Part shown: positions 1 through 11,263 of the stretch, in pieces
Layout: each line of letters opens with the position of its first letter
How positions within the stretch are numbered: position 1 is the first letter of the stretch
Source: Gordius albopunctatus
Taxonomy: Eukaryota
DNA length: 64,000 nt
Assembly: GCA_964276515.1 (NCBI GenBank)
Contig: OZ193909.1
Location: forward strand, 18,476,001-18,540,000
Reading direction: 5' to 3'
The notes under the pieces: generated by a model
The model's database searches: none
Seen by the model: the letters and a program-made list of their open reading frames with translations, nothing else
What the model was told of the DNA's origin: nothing
Made by a program: the position numbers and the translations under genes

Positions 1-1783
1 TAGATAATTGCTTAGTGTTGCACACCTGAGCTGGATTAATCATAGTTGGACCACTTATGCAAGACGATCTATGTCGGAAGACCCAGGATTTTCTTACATG
101 GATTTCTTTAAAATATTTTTACCGTAGTTTTTAAGAAGTTTCTTTCATATTCGGGTAACATTTTCATCGTGCGAAACTAATAAACAAGAAAGGTTGATAT
201 TTTATGATAACTTTCGATATTAAACTTTGAAATTAGCATAGTTTGGGCTCTTGACTTAAATTTGTAGATAAATCTTTAAGTCAACAGGATCATCATTACA
301 CGTGTTTGAAGGAAACAAAATTGGGATGCTTTTTAATCTATATATATATAAATCTAAGTCCCTTTTTTTGAACGCTAATAATCTTTAGAATTTTCAACCG
401 ATTGCCACCAAATTTGGCCAGATTATTGCCTTAGCATTGTAGATGGTTTATAGATACTTTTTATCAACCTACGACAACGGGAACACTGTTTTTTGGTAGT
501 CTATACCGCCATATAGCGGATTATTTATACTACGTTTTTATACTTATTTATCGTTATGCTGCTACTTTTTACGTTACGTTTTTTTCCTCATATGCTTTGT
601 CATTTGTGGCGAAACTTTATCCGTAGATTCCCAGGGCGGCCAGGTGTAAAATAGCTTTTCCAGGATCCTAAAATTCCTTTTAGTTTTAAAAATATGGGCC
701 TTTTTAGTTTTAAAAAATGGCTTAATTCTGAAACTACCGACCCGATTCGCGCGAAATTTTAGCCGTAGATGCCCAGGAATACCAGGTGTAAAATAGTTTT
801 TTCGGATTCCTAAAATACCTTTTCGTTTTAAAAATATCGGACATTTCCCGGCCATTTTAATTTATAGCAGCATATAAAATAATGACGTCATACATACAAG
901 GCTGAAGTTTTCTCGAATTAGATATTTAAAAGTATAATAAAAATGTTACAGGGTCAAAATTATTGGGGTTTAACAAACTATTTAAATTAAATAATATTTA
1001 AATTATTATCACGTGGTCGATCATAGAAGCATATTTTTAATAATTATCCATCCTTCAATTAATTATTTTATTATATTAAAGAAAATTGTATTTCAAATAA
1101 ATCAGCTAACTAGAAAAATAGCAATTTTTTCAAAAACATTTAATTTTAGTCGGATTTGATGACTAAAACAGAATTCGCATTTGGTTTGTCTTATTATATA
1201 TATACTAAAAATAGTGGGTTTATAAAATCCATGACGTGATAAAATTCGTGCTCTAAATAAATATTATGGATATTTTATTTATTTTAATTATTATTTCATA
1301 TATGACCCCATTTTAGATAAGTCTTATTAATAGGTTATACTTATTTAACCACTTAAGTTCTGAGCCAAAGCAACGCTTGGCCGGGCACAGCTAGTGATGT
1401 ATAAAAGGGTAATATTTTATAGAGTGTTGGTGTCTTATCCACTTCTAACTTGATGCTTGCCTTTTCAAAAGATAATATACCTTCAAATTTTTCCATTAAA
1501 TCTTTGCCAGATTAAAAATGACTAGTTTATCATACATCTCATTCAAACTTTTTCACATTATGATTATTGAGTTCCACCAGATTTATTTGGAAAAATAAAT
1601 TTTTTTATTATCATTAAGCTAATAAGTGCATTTTTTTGTTTCTATATTAAAATTAGAGTATGAAAATAAATAATTTCAAAATTTTCACTTTTCAAAGCCC
1701 TAGCCCGGCCCAAACCTTTTTTTATTGCTCAATTTTAGGTACGGTCCGGCCCGCGGGCCTGCCCGGCCCCAGGCAGATCTCTT
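1..1783 (-). mobile_element. hAT-type DNA transposon remnant, mirror copy of 11264-13045, cut by the window start
   Basis: TIR ends ...ccaggcagatctctt at 1783, followed by gtggccac (1784-1791), the same TSD as in the right-arm copy. Confidence 0.8.
337..1394 (+). mobile_element. Non-autonomous Helitron
   Basis: 5' end TCTATATATATA follows an A at 336. The 3' end is a GC-rich hairpin (gccaaagcaacgcttggccgggcacag) plus CTAG (1391-1394) followed by T. No TSD. Further copies at 11653-12710 and 43520-44390. Confidence 0.85.
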
Positions 1784-3750
1784 GTGGCCACTACTGGGAC
1801 AAAAATGATATTGCTGAGGTATTTGGATTTTTCCACTTTCTTTCTTTCATTAGAAGAGATGAGGACGGGAGAGGTGTTAGATTTGGCAAATATATCCACC
1901 ACAGCGAAGTCCCAATAAGCGTTTAGGCCACGAGCTCACGGGATGACTGTTATGCCGTCCAGTCTTTTGTGTTAGGGCCGGCTTTCTTCAATAATTGCCC
2001 GATTATTTTACTTATTGTAGAATGACGGGGATTATGATCGTTTGCTAGAACGGGTTTGCGACAGAGATCGCAGTTGAAGGGAGTCACAATGTCGCAGCTG
2101 AGGCGCAGACCTACAGCCATTCGAGGTTTCTCGTCCGAAAAGTGTAACACTAGGTTTTGGCTTGGTAGGACCTCAAGCCATTCGTAACCCCCGAAGGATG
2201 CCCAATTTAAGTGGAGATTTCCCAAAGATATTTTTTCGAAGAGAGATAAGCTACGGAACGTGCTATTAATGGTAAATCCCATTCCTTTTAGGTGGTTCCA
2301 GTTGGGTGAGTTGAGGAATCTAGTTTGAAGTCTTCCCAGACCTGAAGGGCGGTGTCGAGGTGCCTGTCTTGGGTGTGAGTAAGTTGTTTGATTAGCTCAT
2401 CCGTTGATAAACGGGATTGAATGAACCATGCTAGTAAAATTAAATTGGGGAGGGGGGTCAGATGCCTATACTACTACCCTTGGAGGGAAGGCTGGCTTGT
2501 ATTAATTTGAGTGGGCTAAATTTTAGCATTTGAAATTTTTTTAATTGCATGGAGTAAGTTAATGCTTAGAAAGACGGGCGAGGAGCGTAAAGAATAGTTT
2601 ATTTTTGGTATTAATAGGAAGTTTTTTAGAAGAAAAAAGCATGGCGGGGAGTAAGACGCTCCAGGGTGTGGTTTATGGAGTTGATAAAGTTTAAGAAATG
2701 TTCTAAGAATGTTTCAATAGATTTGACACCTCCTATAGGAGTGCCTAAATTGTAAAAGTCATCTCTTATTATAACTGGAAATGGTAGGGAGAGTTTGTCT
2801 CACTGTGTTTAGGCTTAGTGATGTTGAATCTGAGTAGCAATAATAATCTCTGGGATTTTCCGGACTGCTTCGGCTGGGCCGACCAAGAATCCGTCACCGA
2901 AATACTATAGGCTACAGCAAAAAGTTCCTAGAGATGAGAGTTTAATCATGATGGTTTGGATGGCCATACAAAAGAGGGCCGGCCCCAAGGGATCTCCTTG
3001 TTGGATCCCTTGGTAAGACTTGATTATTAGGTCCCAAAAGAGCAGATAAGTTGGGTTCCCATAGCTATATAACAGAAAATTACGGAATTTCGGAAATTGT
3101 AGTATAAACGGTTCAGTAAAGGGGACTCGGTTTACGTTATTAAAAAGTTTTCAAAATCGTGTTTGACCAGGAGGTAATTTGGTAAGGAAGACTCAATAAA
3201 TGTTCGAGATATATTGGCAAGCAGCCTCGCATCTCCTTTCATGCCAAAACCAAGTTGGTTTTGGGGAGAGAAGCCGTTAAAGATGAACGGATTTGAGAGG
3301 TAATTATTTTGGAAACCATGCGTCGGAGGACTGATCAAACAACATTGTGTCAGATCGAACCATCTGGTTTTTTTAAAGCAATGAGCTTAACAACAAATAA
3401 GAGAGGAACTATTTCGGAAGGAAAATGTCCCCTTCTTATTATGTTACAAAGATTGGGCTAGTCGGGCATGTGAGCTGCTATGTTGAGGTTTGATGAGGTC
3501 CTAAAGGTATATTTGTCGTGTACCATCGAGGCCCCTGGCCGAGTCCTTTTTGAAAGACATAATAGCTTCGCCTACTTCCTGAAGAGTGAAGTCCATGAGG
3601 GAAAGTCTGGGACGTTTAGGAGGTTGGGCGGTTATGGATGACTGTCGAGATGTTTTTGCTGGAGAAATTTAAAGGTGATATTGGTGTTTGGTGCTATTGA
3701 GTCATCAGATTCCAGGATTTAAACAGCTGAACGGATTTACATAACAAAGA
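1784..3750 (-). mobile_element. Decayed CRE-like non-LTR retrotransposon, mirror of about 9300-11263
   Basis: Reverse complement of the right-arm copy. ORFs 1950-2282 and 3132-3338 are fragments of it. Confidence 0.75.
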
Positions 3751-4056
3751 ACTCATTTATAGGGGGAGACAATGTGCGAACACAAACATTAAAGCAATGT
3801 ATAGTTTTAGATAAAGATGTTAAATAAATATTTGATTTTAAACTTAGCAACAAAGCGCGCAGAGATATTAATAAGTGATCTTATTGTTTTTAAATCAAGA
3901 CGAGCGGTCTAATAACAACTTTTATTGAGAATTAGTGTTCCCAAACATGCCCTTGAGTGCCATATAATTAAGACCCTATTGAAAAAAACTGTTTACATCA
4001 AATTGTTTTACAAATTCTACATATAAAATTATTAATTAAAAAATCACAACAAATTA

Positions 4057-4272
4057 TTTGCTAAGTATTTTATTCATTTGCTAAGTATTTAAATGAATTT
4101 TGCTAAGTATTTATTGTTTTACTAGGTATTTTATTTGTTTGCTAAGTATTTAAATTATATGCTAACTATTTAAATAAATTGTGCAAAGTATTTAAATTAT
4201 TTGCTAAGTATTTAAATAAATGCTAAGTATTTAATTATATGTTAGGTTTATAAATATATTATGCTAAGTATT
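4057..4272. repeat. Degenerate AT-rich tandem array of TTTGCTAAGTATTT-like units, mirrored at 4565-4752 and 8959-8992
   Basis: About 10 copies of gctaagtattt/gctaactattt/actaggtattt at roughly 20-bp spacing. Confidence 0.8.
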
Positions 4273-4752
4273 CAAAAGATTTATCAGACGAAGAGGAAGA
4301 AGCAGGAAGCTCAGGAGTTGAAATTTATAGCAGGCAGTTGTACAGATATTTTTTTATTTAAATCTAAAATAAATTATTTCTCCGGGGGGAGGGGGGGGGG
4401 TGATTTGACACCCATCCCCTTATTTTTGTCAAATCACCCCCCCCCCTCCCCCCGGAGAAATAATTTATTTTAGATTTAAATAAAAAAATATCTGTACAAC
4501 TGCCTGCTATAAATTTCAACTCCTGAGCTTCCTGCTTCTTCCTCTTCGTCTGATAAATCTTTTGAATACTTAGCATAATATATTTATAAACCTAACATAT
4601 AATTAAATACTTAGCATTTATTTAAATACTTAGCAAATAATTTAAATACTTTGCACAATTTATTTAAATAGTTAGCATATAATTTAAATACTTAGCAAAC
4701 AAATAAAATACCTAGTAAAACAATAAATACTTAGCAAAATTCATTTAAATAC

Positions 4753-4927
4753 TGTAATGTATGCAAATACTATCTACCTAATTGGCATGACCTCGAGCGT
4801 TCGAATTGAAACGCAATGTTAATTGATTGTTAATTGGTTGTAAATCGAATGACTATTTAAACGTGTTATTATGATTACAATCGTCACTTGTTTCTTTTAT
4901 GTTCCTTAATAAACGAGATACGCTATA
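4753..4927 (+). repeat. 5' LTR
   Basis: tgtaatgtatgc...gagatacgctata, direct repeat of 8784-8958, with AATAAA near its 3' end. Confidence 0.95.
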
Positions 4928-4928
4928 A

Positions 4929-4941
4929 TGGCGACGAGGAT
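4929..4941 (+). promoter_or_regulatory. Primer-binding site, probably for tRNA-Ser(GCT)
   Basis: TGGCGACGAGGAT is complementary to ...ATCCTCGTCG-CCA, the 3' end of animal tRNA-Ser(GCT) as I recall it. It lies 1 nt after the LTR. Confidence 0.8.
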
Positions 4942-5033
4942 TTAGAAACCCTTGGACCTTAAACTCAACCTCGTGTAGAAGACGCTCCCTACCTCGTTCA
5001 ACTTAAATAATTTATTATCCATATTATTTTCAG

Positions 5034-8000
5034 ATGGACATCAAACCGGAGACGAATTTTTCTTGCGATTACTCAAAAGAATTAAAGGATTCAATTCTGT
5101 ATAATCCAAGTAATTCGATTGATGACTATTTATTTAATATTGAGCTCTTATTCAAGTTGAGAGATATCACGGGAGAAAGGCGAAAAACTTTGTTACTCAC
5201 TTACGTAGGTTTTAACAATCTAACAAAAATAAGAGACTTTTTATATCCAAAATTAGTAGACGAAACTAATTACGATGAGATAATTAAAGCCCTTAGGAGT
5301 ATATTCGCCAATAAGTTTTCTATTTACCACCATAGAGAACAATTTTATAAGGCAAGTAGAAATAACGAAACTATTATTGAATTTAGTATTCGGTTGAAAT
5401 TTCTTTGGAAAAACTGTAAATTTGGAAATAATCTAGACGAGGTATTAAAGGACATATTTGTCCTAGGATGTAACTTACCAAGGCTTAACATTGAGTTAAG
5501 AGCTAAGTATCCGAGAGGTAACATAAGTTTCGAAGAAACAGTTAATCTAGCATTGGCGTTAGATTCGGTAGAACACGAAACATCGGGGGCTGTTGAAGTA
5601 AACAAGGTTAAGCAGTCGTTTAATAACTTCAACAATAGAGATGTACATTTTCCTAAATTTAGCACATTTAGGAAAAAGCCACCCCTTAAATGTTATCGGT
5701 GTGGGAAACCAAACCATATAGCAAAAAATTGTAGAACGGTGACGACGAATACGATATCAGCCATCAACCACGACTCCGATCATCACACCAAAGCCCACAT
5801 CAACGTACGCATTAACGATGTGCCCTATGAAATGATCTTCGACACGGGTGCGGCATGTAGCGTAATTGATGAAATAACGTGGTCTCGAATCGGGAAGCCT
5901 AAACTTTACCAAGCTCCGAAGATATACGGCTATGGTAGAACGGCTATTGCAACACTTGGTAAAACCAAAGTGAAGGTGGACGTTGGTGGTGTGACAAAGT
6001 ACTTAGATATTTATGTCATCAAAGGTAAAGGTTCAGCAATATTTGGTATGCCATTTATCTCAAAATTTAACTTAACTCTACCAAAGTCGGTTTGCCTAAA
6101 CTCTATCATTGAAATACCTTCAAATGTACATGCGATTATTAAACAGTTTCCCCACGTATTTTCCGAAAAATTAGGAAAAGTAAAAGATTTCAAAGTGACA
6201 CTCGAGATCAATGATAACGCGATGCCAAAAATGTTTGCAGCGAGAAGAGTACCGTTTCCACTACGACAAGCTGTAGAAGATGAACTCCAACGGCTACTCA
6301 ACGAAGACATCATTGAAAAAATTAATCCTACTTTAACGCCAATTAAATGGGCTACGCCAACTGTAAATGTTAAGAAGAAAACAGGGCAGGTGCGTATATG
6401 TGGTGATTTTCGTTTAACCATAAATCAACACTTGGCTAAAGATCAGGATATTTTACCAACTTTCAGCGACGTGGCTGAAAGAATAGCCGGAGGTAAAATT
6501 TTTTCTATCATTGACCTCAAAGATGCCTTTTTACAACTTGAACTTGATGAGAAATCAAGGAAATATTTAAACATATCAACGCATATAGGATATTTTCGTT
6601 TTAAGAGATTACCGTTTGGGCTTACAACAGCGCCGATTATCTTTCATAGGTTTATGAGACAATTGGTTAATAACATACCCGGGGTGAGCGTCTTTATGGA
6701 CGATGTTATAATTAGCGGTAAAAACGAAAAGGATCACTTAAACAAATTAATAACCGTATTGAATCTATTTAAAACGGTTGGGTTAACAACATCAAAAACA
6801 AAAATGCAACTATTTAAAAAGTCTGTCAAATACTTAGGACATATAATTAATAGTGAAGGCATAACAGCGAGTGAGGATAAGATTCTAAAGATTAAAAGTT
6901 TTAAAACACCCGAAAACAAAAAGGAACTTCGTTCTTTCCTTGGGTTGGTAAACTATCTAGAAACTTTTATCCCCAACCTTCAGATAAATTGCGCTCCTTT
7001 ATACAAATTAACTTCCATAAATACAAAATGGGTATGGGGCGACTTAGAAAAATTAACTTTTGAAAAAGTTAAAACTACAATCTCAAACAGAAAAACTATA
7101 GTGCCTTATCAAAAAGAATTGCCTATCATAATTTCAATCGACGCGTCAGATTTAGGTTTAGGAGCAGTTATAGCGCATAAGTTTTCCTCTGGCCAAGAAA
7201 AACCTATTGCCTACGCCTCTCGTTCCCTAAATTCCGCCGAGAAAAATTACTCCGTCATCGACAGAGAGGCATCGGCAGTAATTTATGCGATAAATAAATT
7301 CCATCAGTATATTTATGGTCGTAAATTCACAATTCAGACAGATCACCACCCTCTTATAAATATTTTTGGGACAACCCGGGATCTTAGTAAAATAACCAAT
7401 AATAGGTTACTAAGATGGGCAATTAAATTACTTCAATATGATTATGATATAAAATACATCCCAGGGAAATCTAATCAGTGTGCTGATGCACTTTCTCGGT
7501 TATGCCCAAAGGATTCACCTCATAATTTAAACATAGATAATGACATACGAAGAATTAAATTACAATTAATCGATGATTTGACTTTGAATACAAAAAATAT
7601 TGTAGAGGAAACAATAAAAGATAATGTACTAAAAGAAGTTATAGAGCAATTTAAAAATAGATGGCAAGGCTCTTCAAATAACGATAACGTACGAAAATAC
7701 CTGCAATTAAGAAATTACATTTCTTTCGAAAATAATCTTTTATTTTATAAAGATCGACTTATAATTCCGGAAAAATTAAGGCCAGATATTCTTAAAATTC
7801 TACATGATGGTCATCCGGGAATCGTGGCTATGAAGTCATTAGGGAGATACTATGTTTACTGGAATAATATTGACGTAGACATAGAAAAATACGTTAATAC
7901 CTGTAAACATTGCCAAGAAGAACGACCAAACATTAAAGAGGTACCCCTATACGCTTGGAACGTCCCTAACAAGCCTTGGGAACGGGTTCACATAGACTTA

Positions 8001-8771
8001 GCGGGACCCATCAATAAGAAGTATTGGTTAGTTTGCATTGATGCTTTTACAAAATGGCCCGAAGTAATGGTGCTAGGCGAGATAAACTCAACAAAAATCA
8101 TCCAAAATTTAAGGACAATTTTTGCACGTTTTGGGTTACCTAGATATATTGTCAGTGACAATGGCCCACAATTTAAATCTACGGAATTTAAAATTTTTTG
8201 TAAAAACAATGGCATAGTTCAATTTACGGGACCGCCCTACCACCCCAAAACTAATGGTTTAGCCGAGAGATATATTAGAACTATTAAAAGTAAGTTCTAC
8301 GCGAATAAAAAGTCGGGGGTAAATGACTCGTTAAATTTACTACAAGTATTAATGAGCATGCGTAGTAGTCAAAACGTGACTACAGGTATTAGCCCGGCTG
8401 AGGCGATGTTCAATCGAAGGATTCGTACGACGCTAGACCAGCTCAGAAGAACGACTCGCGACAAGGTTGAAGAATCAATCTGGAAACAAAAGTACTATAA
8501 AAACCGATGGACCCAAGAAAGATTCTTCGAACCCGAGCAGCAGGTGTGGGTACATAATGACACAAGTCCGGGATGGAGGGAAGGACTTGTAGAAGCCCGA
8601 ACAAGTTCGACTACGTATGACGTTAATATAGACGGAAATATAAGAAGGAAACACGGAGATCAGTTACGGGAAAGAAAAACGATTGATCAAGGTGCGGTGT
8701 CCGAGCGAAACATTCTAGAACACAAAAGGGTATCCAAACCACCTGATCGATACGATGGAGGGCAACTTTAA
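5034..8771 (+). CDS. Gag-Pol polyprotein (1245 aa): CCHC knuckle, aspartic protease, RT, RNase H, integrase
   Basis: CYRCGKPNHIAKNC; FDTGA; IDLKDAF..LPFG..FMDD; IDASD..TDH; HDGH..CKHC..HIDLAGP..SDNGPQF..NGLAER. Order PR-RT-RH-IN is Ty3/Gypsy. No internal stops. Confidence 0.97.
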   Translation: MDIKPETNFSCDYSKELKDSILYNPSNSIDDYLFNIELLFKLRDITGERRKTLLLTYVGFNNLTKIRDFLYPKLVDETNYDEIIKALRSIFANKFSIYHHREQFYKASRNNETIIEFSIRLKFLWKNCKFGNNLDEVLKDIFVLGCNLPRLNIELRAKYPRGNISFEETVNLALALDSVEHETSGAVEVNKVKQSFNNFNNRDVHFPKFSTFRKKPPLKCYRCGKPNHIAKNCRTVTTNTISAINHDSDHHTKAHINVRINDVPYEMIFDTGAACSVIDEITWSRIGKPKLYQAPKIYGYGRTAIATLGKTKVKVDVGGVTKYLDIYVIKGKGSAIFGMPFISKFNLTLPKSVCLNSIIEIPSNVHAIIKQFPHVFSEKLGKVKDFKVTLEINDNAMPKMFAARRVPFPLRQAVEDELQRLLNEDIIEKINPTLTPIKWATPTVNVKKKTGQVRICGDFRLTINQHLAKDQDILPTFSDVAERIAGGKIFSIIDLKDAFLQLELDEKSRKYLNISTHIGYFRFKRLPFGLTTAPIIFHRFMRQLVNNIPGVSVFMDDVIISGKNEKDHLNKLITVLNLFKTVGLTTSKTKMQLFKKSVKYLGHIINSEGITASEDKILKIKSFKTPENKKELRSFLGLVNYLETFIPNLQINCAPLYKLTSINTKWVWGDLEKLTFEKVKTTISNRKTIVPYQKELPIIISIDASDLGLGAVIAHKFSSGQEKPIAYASRSLNSAEKNYSVIDREASAVIYAINKFHQYIYGRKFTIQTDHHPLINIFGTTRDLSKITNNRLLRWAIKLLQYDYDIKYIPGKSNQCADALSRLCPKDSPHNLNIDNDIRRIKLQLIDDLTLNTKNIVEETIKDNVLKEVIEQFKNRWQGSSNNDNVRKYLQLRNYISFENNLLFYKDRLIIPEKLRPDILKILHDGHPGIVAMKSLGRYYVYWNNIDVDIEKYVNTCKHCQEERPNIKEVPLYAWNVPNKPWERVHIDLAGPINKKYWLVCIDAFTKWPEVMVLGEINSTKIIQNLRTIFARFGLPRYIVSDNGPQFKSTEFKIFCKNNGIVQFTGPPYHPKTNGLAERYIRTIKSKFYANKKSGVNDSLNLLQVLMSMRSSQNVTTGISPAEAMFNRRIRTTLDQLRRTTRDKVEESIWKQKYYKNRWTQERFFEPEQQVWVHNDTSPGWREGLVEARTSSTTYDVNIDGNIRRKHGDQLRERKTIDQGAVSERNILEHKRVSKPPDRYDGGQL

Positions 8772-8783
8772 AAGGGGGAGTAA

Positions 8784-8958
8784 TGTAATGTATGCAAATA
8801 CTATCTACCTAATTGGCATGACCTCGAGCGTTCGAATTGAAACGCAATGTTAATTGATTGTTAATTGGTTGTAAATCGAATGACTATTTAAACGTGTTAT
8901 TATGATTACAATCGTCACTTGTTTCTTTTATGTTCCTTAATAAACGAGATACGCTATA
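8784..8958 (+). repeat. 3' LTR
   Basis: Direct repeat of 4753-4927, preceded by the polypurine tract and followed by TSD aatac. Confidence 0.95.
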
Positions 8959-9299
8959 AATACTTAGCAAATGAATAAAATACTTAGCAAATAATTTGTT
9001 GTGATTTTTTAATTAATAATTTTATATGTAGAATTTGTAAAACAATTTGATGTAAACAGTTTTTTTCAATAGGGTCTTAATTATATGGCACTCAAGGGCA
9101 TGTTTGGGAACACTAATTCTCAATAAAAGTTGTTATTAGACCGCTCGTCTTGATTTAAAAACAATAAGATCACTTATTAATATCTCTGCGCGCTTTGTTG
9201 CTAAGTTTAAAATCAAATATTTATTTAACATCTTTATCTAAAACTATACATTGCTTTAATGTTTGTGTTCGCACATTGTCTCCCCCTATAAATGAGTTC

Positions 9300-11263
9300 T
9301 TTGTTATGTAAATCCGTTCAGCTGTTTAAATCCTGGAATCTGATGACTCAATAGCACCAAACACCAATATCACCTTTAAATTTCTCCAGCAAAAACATCT
9401 CGACAGTCATCCATAACCGCCCAACCTCCTAAACGTCCCAGACTTTCCCTCATGGACTTCACTCTTCAGGAAGTAGGCGAAGCTATTATGTCTTTCAAAA
9501 AGGACTCGGCCAGGGGCCTCGATGGTACACGACAAATATACCTTTAGGACCTCATCAAACCTCAACATAGCAGCTCACATGCCCGACTAGCCCAATCTTT
9601 GTAACATAATAAGAAGGGGACATTTTCCTTCCGAAATAGTTCCTCTCTTATTTGTTGTTAAGCTCATTGCTTTAAAAAAACCAGATGGTTCGATCTGACA
9701 CAATGTTGTTTGATCAGTCCTCCGACGCATGGTTTCCAAAATAATTACCTCTCAAATCCGTTCATCTTTAACGGCTTCTCTCCCCAAAACCAACTTGGTT
9801 TTGGCATGAAAGGAGATGCGAGGCTGCTTGCCAATATATCTCGAACATTTATTGAGTCTTCTTTACCAAATTACCTCCTGGTCAAACACGATTTTGAAAA
9901 CTTTTTAATAACGTAAACCGAGTCCCCTTTACTGAACCGTTTATACTACAATTTCCGAAATTCCGTAATTTTCTGTTATATAGCTATGGGAACCCAACTT
10001 ATCTGCTCTTTTGGGACCTAATAATCAAGTCTTACCAAGGGATCCAACAAGGAGATCCCTTGGGGCCGGCCCTCTTTTGTATGGCCATCCAAACCATCAT
10101 GATTAAACTCTCATCTCTAGGAACTTTTTGCTGTAGCCTATAGTATTTCGGTGACGGATTCTTGGTCGGCCCAGCCGAAGCAGTCCGGAAAATCCCAGAG
10201 ATTATTATTGCTACTCAGATTCAACATCACTCAGCCTAAACACAGTGAGACAAACTCTCCCTACCATTTCCAGTTATAATAAGAGATGACTTTTACAATT
10301 TAGGCACTCCTATAGGAGGTGTCAAATCTATTGAAACATTCTTAGAACATTTCTTAAACTTTATCAACTCCATAAACCACACCCTGGAGCGTCTTACTCC
10401 CCGCCATGCTTTTTTCTTCTAAAAAACTTCCTATTAATACCAAAAATAAACTATTCTTTACGCTCCTCGCCCGTCTTTCTAAGCATTAACTTACTCCATG
10501 CAATTAAAAAAATTTCAAATGCTAAAATTTAGCCCACTCAAATTAATACAAGCCAGCCTTCCCTCCAAGGGTAGTAGTATAGGCATCTGACCCCCCTCCC
10601 CAATTTAATTTTACTAGCATGGTTCATTCAATCCCGTTTATCAACGGATGAGCTAATCAAACAACTTACTCACACCCAAGACAGGCACCTCGACACCGCC
10701 CTTCAGGTCTGGGAAGACTTCAAACTAGATTCCTCAACTCACCCAACTGGAACCACCTAAAAGGAATGGGATTTACCATTAATAGCACGTTCCGTAGCTT
10801 ATCTCTCTTCGAAAAAATATCTTTGGGAAATCTCCACTTAAATTGGGCATCCTTGGGGGTTACGAATGGCTTGAGGTCCTACCAAGCCAAAACCTAGTGT
10901 TACACTTTTCGGACGAGAAACCTCGAATGGCTGTAGGTCTGCGCCTCAGCTGCGACATTGTGACTCCCTTCAACTGCGATCTCTGTCGCAAACCCGTTCT
11001 AGCAAACGATCATAATCCCCGTCATTCTACAATAAGTAAAATAATCGGGCAATTATTGAAGAAAGCCGACCCTAACACAAAAGACTGGACGGCATAACAG
11101 TCATCCCGTGAGCTCGTGGCCTAAACGCTTGTTGGGACTTCGCTGTGGTGGATATATTTGCCAAATCTAACACCTCTCCCGTCCTCATCTCTTCTAATGA
11201 AAGAAAGAAAGTGGAAAAATCCAAATACCTCAGCAATATCATTTTTGTCCCAGTAGTGGCCAC
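9300..11263 (+). mobile_element. Decayed CRE-like (RLE-encoding) non-LTR retrotransposon; resumes briefly at 13557-13580 after the hAT insertion
   Basis: Broken-frame motifs: ALKKPDGSI*..VLRRMVSK, QLGFGMKG, VKHDFEN, QGIQQGDPLGPALFCMAIQ (about 10036-10092), WLEVLP..AVGLRL..CDLC..RH, KRLDGITVIP*ARG..WDFAVVD, and FVPVVAT|SLGNLGP joined across the hAT. The 5' limit is approximate. Confidence 0.75.

Larger units (their letters stand above)
4753..8958 (+). mobile_element. Full-length Ty3/Gypsy LTR retrotransposon (Mag-like), 4206 bp
   Basis: LTRs 4753-4927 and 8784-8958 (175 bp, no difference seen). TSD aatac at 4748-4752 and 8959-8963; the empty site is visible in the other palindrome arm. PBS tggcgacgaggat 4929-4941, PPT aaaagggggag 8770-8780, single long ORF. 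Confidence 0.97.

Noticed and set aside
574..855. 93-aa ORF and its mirror 12192-12473; also 4261-4473/4364-4576
   Set aside because: They lie in Helitron internal repeats or the palindrome centre; the duplication is explained by the palindrome, not by coding constraint.
5345..8215. Antisense ORFs inside the Gypsy ORF (also 58092-58660 and 60821-61274 in the second element)
   Set aside because: Short shadow frames with no motifs; no env-like or accessory gene is evident.
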